Positions 42,031 through 55,556 are shown, numbered from the stretch's first letter. The stretch: 64,000 nucleotides of DNA from Octopus sinensis (GCF_006345805.1 NC_043017.1:26536001-26600000); one strand, 5' to 3'. Notes: generated by a model from the sequence alone, not told the origin. Program-made: numbers and translations.

Positions 42031-42266
42031 TATTTCTTTATTACCCACAAGGGGCTAAACACAGAGGGGACAAACAAGGACAGACATAGGTATTAAGTCG
42101 ATTACATCGACCCCAGTGCATAACTGGTACTTAATTTATCGACCCCGAAAGGATGAAAGGCAAAGTCGACCTCGGCGGAATTTGAACTCACAACGTAACG
42201 GCAGACGAAATACCGCTAAGCATTTCGCCCGGTATTCTAACGTTTCTGCCAGCTTGACGCCTTTAT
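42031..42266 (-). mobile_element. SINE family D, full length, 13-bp TSD
   Basis: aaaataatatttc at 42018-42030 and 42267-42279. Confidence 0.92.
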
Positions 42267-42528
42267 AAAATAATATTTCGAAGGCAGTATAGCCGTGAAA
42301 ACAGTAGAAAGATAGGGTAATTCACCCTCATATGCGGGGAACAAAATGTCAGTAGACACCCCCAAGATACGATCCCGCACGTACCAGGTACGGGATGAGT
42401 ACTCTACCAATTACTCCAAACTGTCCAAAGTGATATTTATGTAATGAATTTCGTGAGCTTTTAGCTGTTTCTGCTATAAAATTCAATGGACTCTTAGCTG
42501 AGTTCTGTGTCATCTCTTTCTTATTACC

Positions 42529-42941
42529 TATTTCTTTATTACCCACAAGGGGCTAAACACAGAAGGGACAAACAAGGACATTAAGTCGATTATATCAACC
42601 CCAGTTCGTAACTGGTACTTAATTTATTGACCCCGAAAGGATGAAAGGCAAAGTCGACCTCGGCGGAAATTGAACTCACAACGTAACGACAGACGAAATA
42701 CCTATTTCTTTAATTGCCCACAAGGGGCTAAACACAGAGGGAACAAACAAGGACAGACATAGGTATTAAGTCGATTACATCGACCCCAGTGCGTAACTGG
42801 TACTTAATTTATCGACCCCGAAAGGATGAAAGGCAAAGTCGACCTCAGCGGAATTTGAACTCACAACGTAACGGCAGACGTAACACGGCTAAGCATTTCG
42901 TCCGGCGTGCTAACGTTTCTGCCAGCACGCCGCCTTCACTT
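42529..42941 (-). mobile_element. SINE family D head-to-tail dimer within one 12-bp TSD
   Basis: tttcttattacc at 42517-42528 and 42942-42953; internal junction near 42705. Confidence 0.88.
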
Positions 42942-44089
42942 TTTCTTATTACCGCTCTATACTCATCTAAGATTTTGCCTCGTAACATACATATATTGAG
43001 TTCTATACCAGGTTATTAGTCTCACCATGCTTAAGCGAAATATCTATGAAAATATATATATATATATGATGTTACAGTTTGAAATATATCTCTTTAAATA
43101 ATCACATACGGTGCCAGTCGTAATCGATTCATTCGTCTCTAACCTTTTCGCTGGTACTTATCTTTTGCAGGCAAGAAATAAACAAAGATAACCTCGACTC
43201 ATGTACGATTTGAAATTACAGCGTATTCTGCTGTATGTATAAACGAAAAGGAATTCTATTCGACCAGCTAAGGCCGCTTATCTAACACCATACACTAGTT
43301 ACATGTGAATAAATTATGAAAAGAAATACAACGAAAAGAAAAGTTTATATTGAAATTTGTTGCAATCACACTCGTTCGTGAATTCCCTAGCACAGATTAA
43401 ATAATAACCACAAATCTCAGCCGTCAAATAAGTTCTTGTCTTCTGGAAAGACTCCTTCTTTCTTTAGTACTTTCTGTTCTCTAAATGTACCAATATATAT
43501 TCCTGGAATTTTTCTCCTTCAAATCATTAAATAAACCAGTTTAAACATTGCTTTCTCGAATATTTCAGATTTTCCATCAACAATTTCTTATCTACCTTAA
43601 TTCCAGACAACCATAAAATATTTTCGTAGACTGCACATTTCAGCTGTTTTATTTGTTGCTTATATCCTTGTTTATTTATTTCTTGCTTATGATCGTATTA
43701 TTAACGAGCTTTATATTTTATTTTATGTAGTCTTTATTTCTTGTTCCTTTAAATAATTGCTTTTTTTTTTCCTTTCTTCCACATCTTGATGTATTTATTT
43801 GTTGTTGTTTTTTTTGTTCCTTTTTAAAATCAAGTCAGACTGAAATATCTAAAATATTTTGCTTAGGTCAAAACAATGTTTGCGTGTGTAGTGTATGTGT
43901 ATTTGCCTCAGATTATACCTCGGTGTGTGCGATTGAACGTATGCGACTTAGTTGTGTGGTTGTTTTGGGTTGCGTGTACTTGTATGTGTCTGTACATCGT
44001 TAGTTCGAGAGCGTTCTTGGTTCTTCTTTCTGTGTACCACTAGTTAATTAAATGTACGTACGTATGTAGGGGTAAAACTTTTAGTAGAA

Positions 44090-44143
<54 letters not shown>

Positions 44144-44342
44144 ATGTGTGTGTATGTATATGTGCGTATGCGTGTGTGTATGCGTGTGTGTATATGTGTA
44201 TATTTGTGCGTGCGTGTATATATATATATGTAGAGATATATGACTGAAACAAGTAAGAGCAAGAGAATATATATACATACACACACACACACATATATAT
44301 ATATACGTATGTGTATATGTATATGTGTATATCTATGTATAT

Positions 44343-44373
<31 letters not shown>

Positions 44374-44689
44374 TTATACATATACATATGTGTGTGTGTG
44401 TGTGTGTGTGTTTGGTTTTCAGTGTCTGTTAAAAAGTGTGCAACAGGATATCTAAACATTTCAATCTGCATAAATCTACGCAAGCAAGTGCGTTCACTCA
44501 CCGTTACACACTCGCGAAATTATAAACACTGACACGCAAATCGGATTACATGCGCACAGTATGATGTACATATGTGTGTATGTATGTATGAATGTTGTTA
44601 GGTAGGTAGGTAGGTAGGTAGGTAAGAAGGTACTTTTTTGGGTATGTTGGTATGAAAACGTATCTATATAACGACGTATCTCTGCCTCT

Positions 44690-44779
44690 GTTTTCTAAAA
44701 TATACATATATATATACATATATATACATATATATATACATATATATATAACATATATATATATATATACATATATATA

Positions 44780-44814
<35 letters not shown>

Positions 44815-44877
44815 TATAATATATATATATGTATATATATATATGTAATATATATATATGTATATATATATATATGT

Positions 44878-44925
<48 letters not shown>

Positions 44926-44927
44926 CG

Positions 44928-44962
<35 letters not shown>

Positions 44963-44967
44963 GTATG

Positions 44968-45001
<34 letters not shown>

Positions 45002-45170
45002 ATATGTATATATATATATACGTATATATATATATATATATATATATGTATTATATATATATGTATATATATAATATGTATATATATATGTATATATATA
45101 TATGTATATATATATATGTATATATACGTATATATATGCATATATATATATACGTATATGTGTGTGCGTG
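44690..45170. repeat. Long (TA)n array
   Basis: Direct inspection. Confidence 0.97.
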
Positions 45171-45839
45171 TGCGCAAGCGTGTGTGAGTGCTTTCGTGTA
45201 TACAAATATCGTTTGCATTAAATTACACACGCACATGTTTGTATTTGTATAAGAGTTTGCACACACAACTGTATGTGTGTATATGTGTGTCTGTTTCTCT
45301 TTTATGCAAGTGTATCTATATATGTGTATATAAGTTTGTGCGCATGTATGATGAAGCATTTAATATTCCGTGATTGAAAACCTGATCTTTTGAAGATAAG
45401 CAGCGCCAAAAGATAAAACAACCCAAAACGCCAATTCTTCAGAGCTCCAAAACCTATAAATCAATTTAAATTTCGCAAATTGCTTTACTTTAATATATTT
45501 TATTCGTTCATTTAATATACGCAAACGGCCTTATTCTGACATATAATATATTTACTATCTTTTGTGTTTTAGATCTGTATAGCTTCCCTGTTAAACTCTA
45601 ACTGCATCATCTTAATTATCATTATCATCAGTATAATTTTGCTTAATGCCCTCGTTTTGTTTTCGTCATGCAAGCATAATTTTGAACAATGCATAAACAA
45701 ATGAAATATAGATTAATATGCATTTCTGTAGTCATCATATATGCAGACTCCCTCCTTTTTAGTCTGTTCAATTTGCACCCAATAACTAAATCATTTTAGC
45801 ATATCGCATGATCTATCTATGAAATGTCGGTCTTACATA

Positions 45840-45965
45840 AGGCGTGGCTGAGTGGTCGAATGTTCTAAACCACAGAGTAGCCGGTTTTGTCCCACTTACT
45901 TGCACATTGGGCAAGTGTCCTCTACTATAGCCTAGGGGCAACTAATTCATTGCGGGTGGAGTTGA
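45840..45965 (+). mobile_element. SINE family A 5' fragment, diverged
   Basis: ggcgtggctgagtggt...gtccca...ttgggcaagtgtcctctactatagcc. Confidence 0.6.
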
Positions 45966-46020
45966 AGTCCATAATATATGCATGTATACATGTACATGAT
46001 ACATACATACATCTATACCT

Positions 46021-46074
<54 letters not shown>

Positions 46075-46156
46075 ATACAAACACCCGAACCACTAAGTCA
46101 CGCGCCTCCATACACTCACAAACACACACATATACACACACACGCGCGCGCGCGCC

Positions 46157-46223
<67 letters not shown>

Positions 46224-46297
46224 GATATTATAGAATATGATTCCAAACCTATAGGGTAAAATTCAATTTAGTAATTCTAAATCAAATTTCACAATAT

Positions 46298-46583
46298 ATA
46301 ATACATGTATATAAATTAGAGAAGAACCACCATGTAGCAATTCAACAATGATATACTTAAATCATACCGTATAGAAGACAAATTAAAGATACGATAAAAC
46401 ATTTACCTAGAACTAAATAATGTACGAAGTACTAAATTATATACTATTTATTTATTATTTTGTAATTTATTTAGTTCTACGTAAATGTTTTATTATATCT
46501 ATAGAGTTTCTTCTATATGGTATGATTTAAGTATATCATCGTTGGATTGCTACATGGTGGTTCTTCTCTAATTTATATACGTG

Positions 46584-46589
<6 letters not shown>
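46298..46589. repeat. Long inverted repeat, ~123-bp arms, ~46-nt spacer
   Basis: 46298-46420 is the reverse complement of 46467-46589 (e.g. aattagagaagaaccaccatgtagcaat / attgctacatggtggttcttctctaatt). Confidence 0.92.
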
Positions 46590-46623
<34 letters not shown>

Positions 46624-46699
46624 TACATGTACATATGTATTTATACAGACTTAAAGTTAGCTCTATCTTCCTAGATATCTACCCGAAAAGTAGCAATAG

Positions 46700-48251
46700 T
46701 TTGTCGACAATAATGTCGAGATAGAATCAATGTCGAGACTCTTCTCACTCTGGTATTTACAAATCGACTATCAAAGAAGCTATTAAAATAACAAAAAAAA
46801 ATGAAGAAAACACTTCATTTAGAAAACTGGTCGTTGTATTTCGATGGTAAACGTATTGATGACCAAGAGTACCAAGTGCTAGTTCTAGATAGAAGGTACG
46901 TTAGAAGCACTCCAATTACCAACCGAAAAAGCCGATATTATTGTGAAAGGAATAACAGCCGTTTTACATGAATAGAATTTATGGAACTGTGTAAAGATGA
47001 TTGTTGCTGATGCAACGAGTGTTAACACTGGGAAAAGAAATATTATTGTCATTCAGTTATAAAGGGTTTGAAAGAACCGCAACTTATTGGTTGTCAGCAT
47101 CATATCCTTGATAGAGGTGTTCGTGTTATAAGGGATAATGTTATCTTCCAATATTGGATATACATTCATCCCAGATCTTCTAAGTAACTACGAGAAACTC
47201 CAGGCTAATTTCAACAATAGCGAAGAAAAGATTACTGAATCAGCAGGATGGTGAGATGACATGAAATTTCTATTTCATTTCACCGGAGATGTTCGTATCT
47301 TTGATGAAACCGACAAATATCCTACTGCAAAGTTTCCAAAAATACCCAACTTAAGTCATGCAAGATGGAATTCTCGATTAATACCAGCTCTTTTGGCATT
47401 TATTCTTCTGCCAGAGAAAAGATGTTTGCTTCTCAATGTGTGTCGATTTATAGCTTACAGCTGGACTTTTTTTGTTTTTATGTTGTTCACTGACCAAATA
47501 TCCACTGCACAGGATTATCAGAAGTTATGTGATGGCTGCAAGTTAATAGAAAAGCATCGAACTCTGTAAAAATCGTTTGGAGCGGAGAAACATCAAAACT
47601 GGAAATTCCCAGAAGAAATATGTGTGCAGAATGTGCAATCGAGTGCCTTCAAGATCTTTATGGTGTAAAAATGAAAAACTTCATATTCAATATATTTTTC
47701 TTATACAGTCATTTGAAATTGGAATTCAACCTATAGAGTTAAAAATATGAATTGTTTTTAATTTTGTATGTTTTCGAATGCTTGTAGTGGCCTCTCTTTT
47801 AAAATGGCCTACTTTTCAATCTTTGCATAGAGCAATTTCAACTCAGTAATCTTAAGAATGTATAAATACACTTTTATTATACATCTCTCATGCGTTTACA
47901 AGGATTTAGGCTGCGGAAAATCTGAAATGGGAATCTAGTGCCGCCTATTGATTATAGGTTAAAAAGCCCATAACTCCGAAACTTCTTCAAATAGAAATCT
48001 GAACTTTCAAATACCCTATGTCTGTAATGCATTGAGCCGGCACACTAAGTTTACTAAAAACTTGAGTAGGTGTTAATAAAATCCAACCCGCTTGAATTTT
48101 GCATGACTTGGGTCAAAAGTGGTGATCAATTTTTTGAGGGTGACATTTTCTCCAAATAAAGCAAAATAACAGTTATTTTCTTGATTTTTATAAACTTAAT
48201 CATCGAATTATAGTATAGTGTAAATTAGCATCTGAAAAAGTCATAACCCTA
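46700..48251 (+). mobile_element. hAT-like DNA transposon remnant (transposase pseudogene 46730-47650 plus probable right end)
   Basis: Frameshifted LYFDGKRIDDQEYQVLVL...MIVADATSVNTGKRN...IGCQHHILD...SHARWNSR: first and second D, CxxH and RW motifs; ends ...cataacccTA at 48251. Confidence 0.7.
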
Positions 48252-48437
48252 ATGTATGTATACAAACACACACACATACACACATATATATGCGTCTATA
48301 TATACATATGTATATATACATACGTACATATACATGTGTATATTTATATATACATATGCATATATTTGTATAAGTATATATATGCACATATATATATACA
48401 CGTATATATATATATATGTATATGTATATATATGTAT

Positions 48438-48492
<55 letters not shown>

Positions 48493-48651
48493 ATATATAT
48501 ATATATATATTATGTGAAATAGAAAGATGAATAATCTTGTAGTAGATTAATCAAAAGTTTAACCGATACCTTAGTAGGTAACGATTTCTGTTCAATCTGC
48601 GTTCAGCTCCATTTCTTCAATTCACCAATATATATATATATATATATATAG

Positions 48652-48682
<31 letters not shown>

Positions 48683-48914
48683 GGGCGTTGGAATGTAAGT
48701 GTGTGTATTTGCGTCTGTGTGACCCTGAGAACGCTGTTAACTTGAGGTCTTTAGTTACGTTCCCGTAACGTACCGATTCTGGTAAAAGAACGCTAGTAGA
48801 AGCGGCTGGAAGTAAGGTCGATAAGTACTGGGATCTATTCGCTAAAAGTTTTCTTCTTTCGCTTGATAGCTAGGTTTTCTAGTTTTGAAGTAAAAATTTC
48901 CGAAAATATGGACA

Positions 48915-49129
48915 AGACTCCTAGGTCGTGTGAGTTCATAAGGTTCAGTCCCACTTCGTGACACTTTGACCATGTGTTTCTACTATAGCCGCAAGCCGGC
49001 CAAAGCTTTGTGAGTGCATTCGGTAGACGGACCCTGAAAGAAACCCGTCGTATATATGTATGAGTGGGGGTATATATGTGTGTGTGTGGGTATATATCTA
49101 TGTGTGTATATATACATGCATATATACAT

Positions 49130-49178
<49 letters not shown>

Positions 49179-49415
49179 ATATATATGTATGTATATATAT
49201 ATGTATGTATATATATATATATATGTATGTATATACGTATGTATGTAGTTATGTATGTATGTATGCATGTGTGTGTGTCTTTGTTTCTTTCCTCATCAAT
49301 ACTTGATGTGTTTACGTCCCCGTAGCTAAGCGGTTCAGCAAAAAGGACAGATAGAGTAAGTATCTGGTTTTAAAAATAAAACTAAGTATTGGGGTCGATT
49401 TATTCTGAAACAGGT
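48915..49415 (+). mobile_element. SINE family A with expanded internal microsatellite
   Basis: ggttcagtcccac...ggtagacgga..ctgaaagaaacccgtcg, then TA/TATG run, then gtgtttacgtccccgta... Confidence 0.8.
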
Positions 49416-49832
49416 AACAGATAAAAGATGAAATATAAAAAATATTTGCCCAAACATTAATTGTTCTACGAGTAGCAGCATGCTCTTTTGAGAAATAACA
49501 GTCCGCAATTTTTGTGCGCATGGATTGAGCCTACAATGATTTCCGACTGGTCACGCTGCAATGTGTCGGACTGACCTGCTGTATATAGTTGCTCATTCAG
49601 GCTCTAATCGAATCCTACTGTCTTCCATGAAGACGTCAGCATGGGATCATTTTAATGATAAAATATATTAAGAGAAACGTGCGTCTTATCCGTTTCCAAA
49701 GAGATCCTACTGTCTCATGCAGCTATGAAGTAACTCACTCTCTCTCTTTGCTAACCATTCATAAATTACACCAGTTCACACCTCACTGGAATTTGCAATT
49801 GTAAATATTACCATACAAAACTATTATACATA

Positions 49833-50045
49833 GCTAACCCTTTTGATACCAACCCGGCCAAAACCGCCTCTGGCTCTGTAGTACAAATGTCTTGTTTTCA
49901 TAAGTATTGAATTAAAATCCTCCACTAAATCGTAGGCACAATTTATGTTCCCAACACTAGCTTAATGATAACAAAGTTATTTTACCAAATTCTTTGTTAT
50001 ATTTAAAATTAATTGAATGAAATACAGAGCATCTCAATATATAAT
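49833..50045 (+). repeat. Possible MITE-like repeat fragment starting (t)aacccttttgatacc
   Basis: Start resembles TTAA-CCC (piggyBac-type) ends; no matching right TIR found. Confidence 0.3.
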
Positions 50046-51459
50046 AAAGTATGACATAATATCTTGTTCCTTTAGCTAAGGTTTGTACAGTTCATCACGA
50101 CCCGTAGCTCCGGGAATATGACAAACAACGCATACCAAACTGCATGGTACAGGCCCTTATTAATTGCCTGGAAAAGGACAAGGCTACGCATTTACAGCGG
50201 GCCTGAAGTGTGTTGATAAATAATAGTGGTTTTCACCAGTGCAAGAAACGAGGAGAATTAATTATAGGGATGCTAATATTATGAAAGGGTCTATAAGACA
50301 TTTAATATACATAATAATTCATTGTTTGTTTGAGTATTTATGAAAAGCAAGGAAATTACGAATATATATAGGAATCGTCTAACTGTAAATTATCTATTGA
50401 AATTTCTTATTAGAATTAAGGCGACAAGGTGGCAAAACCGCTTTAGTGTCATTAAAATATGTATTGCATTAATTCTTATAAGTTCAAAATTCATCGGGAG
50501 TCATCTTTGCTTTTCGCCCCTCCAGGGTCGTCGAAATAGCATACCGTAAAGTACTGTAGTCACTGATAATATTTGGCCCTCTCATCTCCAAATGGCGGGT
50601 ATTTTGCCAAAGTCTTAGACAAGTAGACCTCAATTTCGATGTATCTACCTATTTTTTTTAACAGCGATAATATATTTAAATTTACATTTTCAAATTCAAT
50701 ATCTCACCTTTGAACATTTTGAAAATAATTTGTTTTTTCAAATGCTTCTTTCTATTCTACGTAAGCAATAACCGAATAACGCAGTAAACCTGTATAATTC
50801 AGTCTTATCAACGCAGAACTTTTGAAATGTATTATGTTGAACACATTCGCAAAGCAATTTCACTTCAGCGTAAATTAGCTGCTAATCAAGAGAGTGACCG
50901 ACATCCTAAGAACGAAATACCAGTCGAGTTCATTCCGTTCAGAATGGAATCGAGCCGTATTAGTTTCCTGTCTTAAAGTACAAGTAAATTTTCGGTGTTA
51001 TGATAAGTTCTTGGTGTAGCAGACATGGAAGAACGCCAAACTAAATAACTTCCTGAATTTCACTCTTCTCATGTTGATCGGATTGAAATTCTCAACTACC
51101 TGAAATTGGTTAATTATCATTCTTGAGCTGATAAAATAAATATCCGCAAATTACTGCCATTGTAACGCTTGCCTCTGTCTCCCCTTTTCCAATCTTCTTC
51201 ATTATCCACACATGTGATTTAAGAAGAGAACTCGTGGTATTTCTCTTCATTAAATTTATTTAGAAATTAGAAGTCAATGGCGTTGCATACTTGACTGAAT
51301 GGAAGTAAATAGAGATCCTAACTACTCAACAAATATACTATGAATATTCTGGGGCGATTTACTCGCTTTGATATAATTTAACGCATATTTCATATAATCT
51401 AACATATGTCGGCTTAAGAATTATTTCTAATTAAGACGTATCTTACAGTCCTATATTTA

Positions 51460-51635
51460 AGAGATGAGGAATTATGTACATTGTTTATATTATTTATATT
51501 ATTCACATTTGATGGATATTTGTCCTCATCCTGTTTCTTGTTAACACAACGTTTCGTCTGATATACCCTCCAGACTTCATCAGGTGTCTGGAGGAAATTT
51601 CAAACCTGGGTTCTCATTCCTCAGCTATTTTTCGA

Positions 51636-51637
<2 letters not shown>
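51460..51637 (-). repeat. HHR cassette family 1, best-preserved copy
   Basis: Aligns with 36510-36690; preceded (in its own sense) by (AAT)n. Confidence 0.85.
51543..51588 (-). ncRNA. Minimal type-I hammerhead ribozyme (family 1), complete core
   Basis: GACAC-CUGAUGA-A-GUCUG[GAGGGUAUAU]CAGAC-GAAA-C-GUU-GUGUU; helix III reduced to palindrome ACGU; predicted cut 51548/51547. Confidence 0.75.
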
Positions 51638-51689
<52 letters not shown>

Positions 51690-51699
51690 CATTATTATT

Positions 51700-52050
51700 A
51701 TCATGCCATCAAAGAGAGCAGTTCATGCCATCAAAGCCCAATATACCCATCGTGACTACCCGTCCGATAAGGGCACACCAGGCACATGCATCACAACCAT
51801 ATGTGCGCGACATGGTGATCTCATATCAAGATAAACAGCACATGACCTTGCAGGTGGGGACCAGTTAGAATTTTCTTCAGGTTGAGTAGCCCATCCTGCT
51901 CAAATGGTCCCTGAATAAGGGTTGTTTAAGGATGTTGAAAGAACCACCCATATTACTGGAATTGTTAAATAGGTATGTCTCCTATTCTAAACGCAAGCAA
52001 CAACAAGCCTCTTCAGATATAGGGGGAACAAACACCAATGTTACAAATAG
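51700..52050 (-). mobile_element. LINE-type 3' end with (AAT)n tail, family unassigned
   Basis: Reverse complement matches 53178-53316 (gatgcatgtgcct.gtgt.cccttatc.gac.ggtagtca.gat.ggtata); both end in (AAT)n. Confidence 0.55.
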
Positions 52051-52974
52051 CTGACAGATGGCTTTGAAATTACTTATACGCATTCTCTATATCGCAAGTA
52101 ATGCAGAAATACTTTTGAAAGCCTTAATATTACAGGATTTGAATCAAGAAAACATCTCGTGTACATGTAGACTGTTATGTTTCATAAATTATTATTCAGA
52201 CAATTTAAACTCTATTACAGTAAATTTAAACATTTATATTCAGATGCTGAAACAGTAGGTGTATATGCACTAATAATTTGCAATTATGGGTATATGAAAG
52301 TTCAAGAGATACTCATCAAAAGCCTGCCGGATACATGACCATTTACGAAGTCAAGTCGATTTCATGGCAAATCCAATAACATGAATTCACAATTTGACCT
52401 GTAACAGATTTGATTCAAATATTTATAATTAAAAACAAAGTATTTAAAGCGTTTCAGTAAATGCATCTCCTTCAAAATTAACTTATTTCATCGAACAATT
52501 ACAATTAACTGTGAAAATGGAATTTAATAGAACGAATATCAACAATTTAATATTCCTACGGATATAATTGACACTGATGCCATACACAACACACAAAACT
52601 CTCCACTTCGACAATTATATGGAAATTCTATTTCCGTTAAAATGTTTGTTCTTCTTAAATGCGAACCAAGTCCGGCGAACTGGTACAATCGATATTATCG
52701 TTGCGCAAAATACGAAACGGCATTTCTTCGGTTTTTTTACATTTTGAGTTCAACCGTCTCTATGGTCGAAACTGAATTTTATCTTTTCAAGAAACGGATG
52801 CTTCTGTTTGATGAATCTTAGAAATTCTTCACTAACTGATTTTATATTGTCACTAAGATTACACCGCAAACCTTAAGAATCGTTGCTATACTCTGTATTC
52901 TAAATTTTGAATTGAGATATATTTCAAAAGTTTGTATTGTTTCAGGAATTATTTTGAGGATTTGCTAATAAAGA

Positions 52975-53178
52975 TAGTTATCTGGCAAAGTGCTCCTTCA
53001 TGTTCAACTTCAAATTCCTCCAAGGTCGACTTTACCTTTCATTCTGTCGGGGTCGATATAATAAGTATCCCTTGAACACTGGCGTCGATGCAAGCGACTT
53101 ACTGCTCTCGGAAATTTGATATCCGTGAAGCAAAATTTTAAACCAGCATATATGAGGGTAAGAATTTCACTGCCTGAT
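52975..53178 (+). repeat. SINE D-type body plus flank, copy 1 of local duplication
   Basis: About 180 bp nearly identical to 54127-54306. Confidence 0.85.
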
Positions 53179-53315
53179 CATCATGTCACGCATATATATG
53201 GCTGTGATGCATGTGCCTAGTGTACCCTTATCAGACAGGTAGTCATGATAGGTATACTGGTCTTTGTATATTTTACCCCAGTGTCACTTTGATGGCATGC
53301 ACTGCCCTATCACTC

Positions 53316-53371
<56 letters not shown>

Positions 53372-53378
53372 CAACAAC

Positions 53379-53422
<44 letters not shown>

Positions 53423-53500
53423 CAATAATAATAATAGTGATGGTGATGAAAATGATAATGATAATGATAATCATTATGATGCTGATGCTGATAATAATAA
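53178..53500 (+). mobile_element. Short 3' fragment of the 51700-52050 family with (AAT/AAC)n tail
   Basis: See 51700-52050. Confidence 0.65.
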
Positions 53501-54054
53501 ATGAACTAGCAATCAGATTTTACGATTATTTTTTGAACTAATAATTGAATTAACCATAATGACCTTAAATCTTAAGATTATTTATATTATCATTTCTCGC
53601 TACTTCATGTTATTGAAAATTCACTGATTAACAAAAGGCCATCACAAAACATGGTTTTGTGCATATGAAATAAGGTTATATGGTAGACAACTATTCAAAT
53701 GCTAATATTAATTTATGCTACTAAACGAAAATTTACAATGGTACAAATTCCAGAAAAAATATACAAATATGAAATTTAGTTGTGGGTCAGATATATAGTG
53801 CATTGCTAATTTTAGTAAAAATTACCGAAAAGGAAATTCACAATAAATCGTTATTATAAAATGAATTAGCAGTATATTCCCTCACAGACATAAAATTTAA
53901 AATTCAATGGCTTAGATTCAATAGACATTTTATTTACATTGTGTTGTATTAAAAACAAAAACTTCTATTTAACATTTTATCAAGAGTGGATTACGTATGT
54001 AAATGTGAATACATTTAGTTCGAGTTCCTGATTAAAATGCATGAATATGTATGA

Positions 54055-54306
54055 AGGCAAGAAGGTGGTGAGGTGGGAGAAAGGTTAGCGTATCTGGCAA
54101 AGTGTTCAGCGGCCTTTCATCCTCCCTCATGTTCAACTTCAAATTCCGCCAAGGTCGACTTTACCTTTCATCCTGTCGGGGTCGATAAAATAAGTACCAC
54201 TTGAACACTGGCGTCAATGCAAGCAACTTACTGCTCTCGGAATTGATATCCGTGAAGCAAAATTTTAGCCCAACATATATGAGGGTAAGAATTTCATTGC
54301 CTGATC
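54055..54306 (+). repeat. SINE D-type element plus flank, copy 2 of local duplication
   Basis: Head aaggcaagaaggtggtgaggtgg..., body as 52995-53178. Confidence 0.8.
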
Positions 54307-55464
54307 TTTGTTTGATTGCGCTATGTGTACAACAGGTTAAAGTTTTCTACATTATTTAACCTATTTGAATACGCTCTTAGATTTGAAAATTTGCATCTTT
54401 CTTATATATCTATATATCTTCCTTAATTTAATATACTTTAATCGTTAATGTCAAACAGAAAATCTATGAATGAATTATGATAGAAGGCAATATGATCTTC
54501 CTCTAGTGTATGGCCAGACATAATATTAGAATTATAAATCAAATAATCCGAAGCTATTGAAGACTATTGAAAAAGTTGCAAGAAGCAAAGAAAATTCTTA
54601 GGAAAATAAAAGTAAGAAATAAGTGGAAATTTTACCGTTGAGTGTGTTACGTTATAAGGCACAAAAAGAAAATGACTCTCCCCAGACACAGCAGAATATG
54701 CTTCAACACACCGACTCACAAAAAGAATCTTGCAGACCAAATCCTAAAACGAAATCTGTGAGCTTAGTTATTCATTTAACAAAGCTGTTGAGCAGTAGGG
54801 AACATATACTGGGATGCGATTTGAATTGGCATTTACAAACAACATACTTACGTATTGTAACTATACCCAAGATTCAACATCGGGCACTCAGATTTAGAGG
54901 AGACTGACGCTGAGAATCCAGAACAGGACAATGAAAGTAAGAAGAAAAGAATGAAAATAATGAGAAACTGATGTACAAGAAAGAATCATAAAATGAGCGT
55001 TGAATAACATTCATATTAACATTATTATAAATGGAGTGCGATGCAAAAAAGTATACAAGATTATCAGAAGGCGTTGCAGACAAATTAGAGCGAGCCATGG
55101 ATTGTATGTGCGTTTGTGATAATGTAAACGGTGAATGAAAATATGTGATTTAAGAGAAAAACATATATATAGACATAATAGGAAATCGTGAAAATCAATA
55201 TTAGAAAATAATAGAGGGAAAAAAAAGGTAGCGTAAGACAGAAAATTTATACACTAAACAATGTAGCAACACAATGGGAAAGAATAGAATGTTAAAGAAA
55301 TAATGAACATAAAAAGAAATAATCGAAACACTAAATATATATATAGAGAGAGAGAGAGACACAGAGAATTTGTCGATAATTATATAGAGAAAAAAAACTA
55401 CACATCAAACCTTGGAAGGAATTTGTAAAGTACAATAATGATTCACACGCAAAACACCGAGAAT

Positions 55465-55556
55465 GTAATAATAATAATAATGATAATGATAATAAATAAT
55501 AAATAATAATAATGATAATAATAATAATGATGATGATGATGATGAGGAGGAGGAGG

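Noticed and set aside
46252-46262. tagggt as left TIR of the hAT-like element
   Set aside because: Only 6 bp match the right end, it is separated from the transposase by the palindrome and a TA array, and no 8-bp TSD was found.
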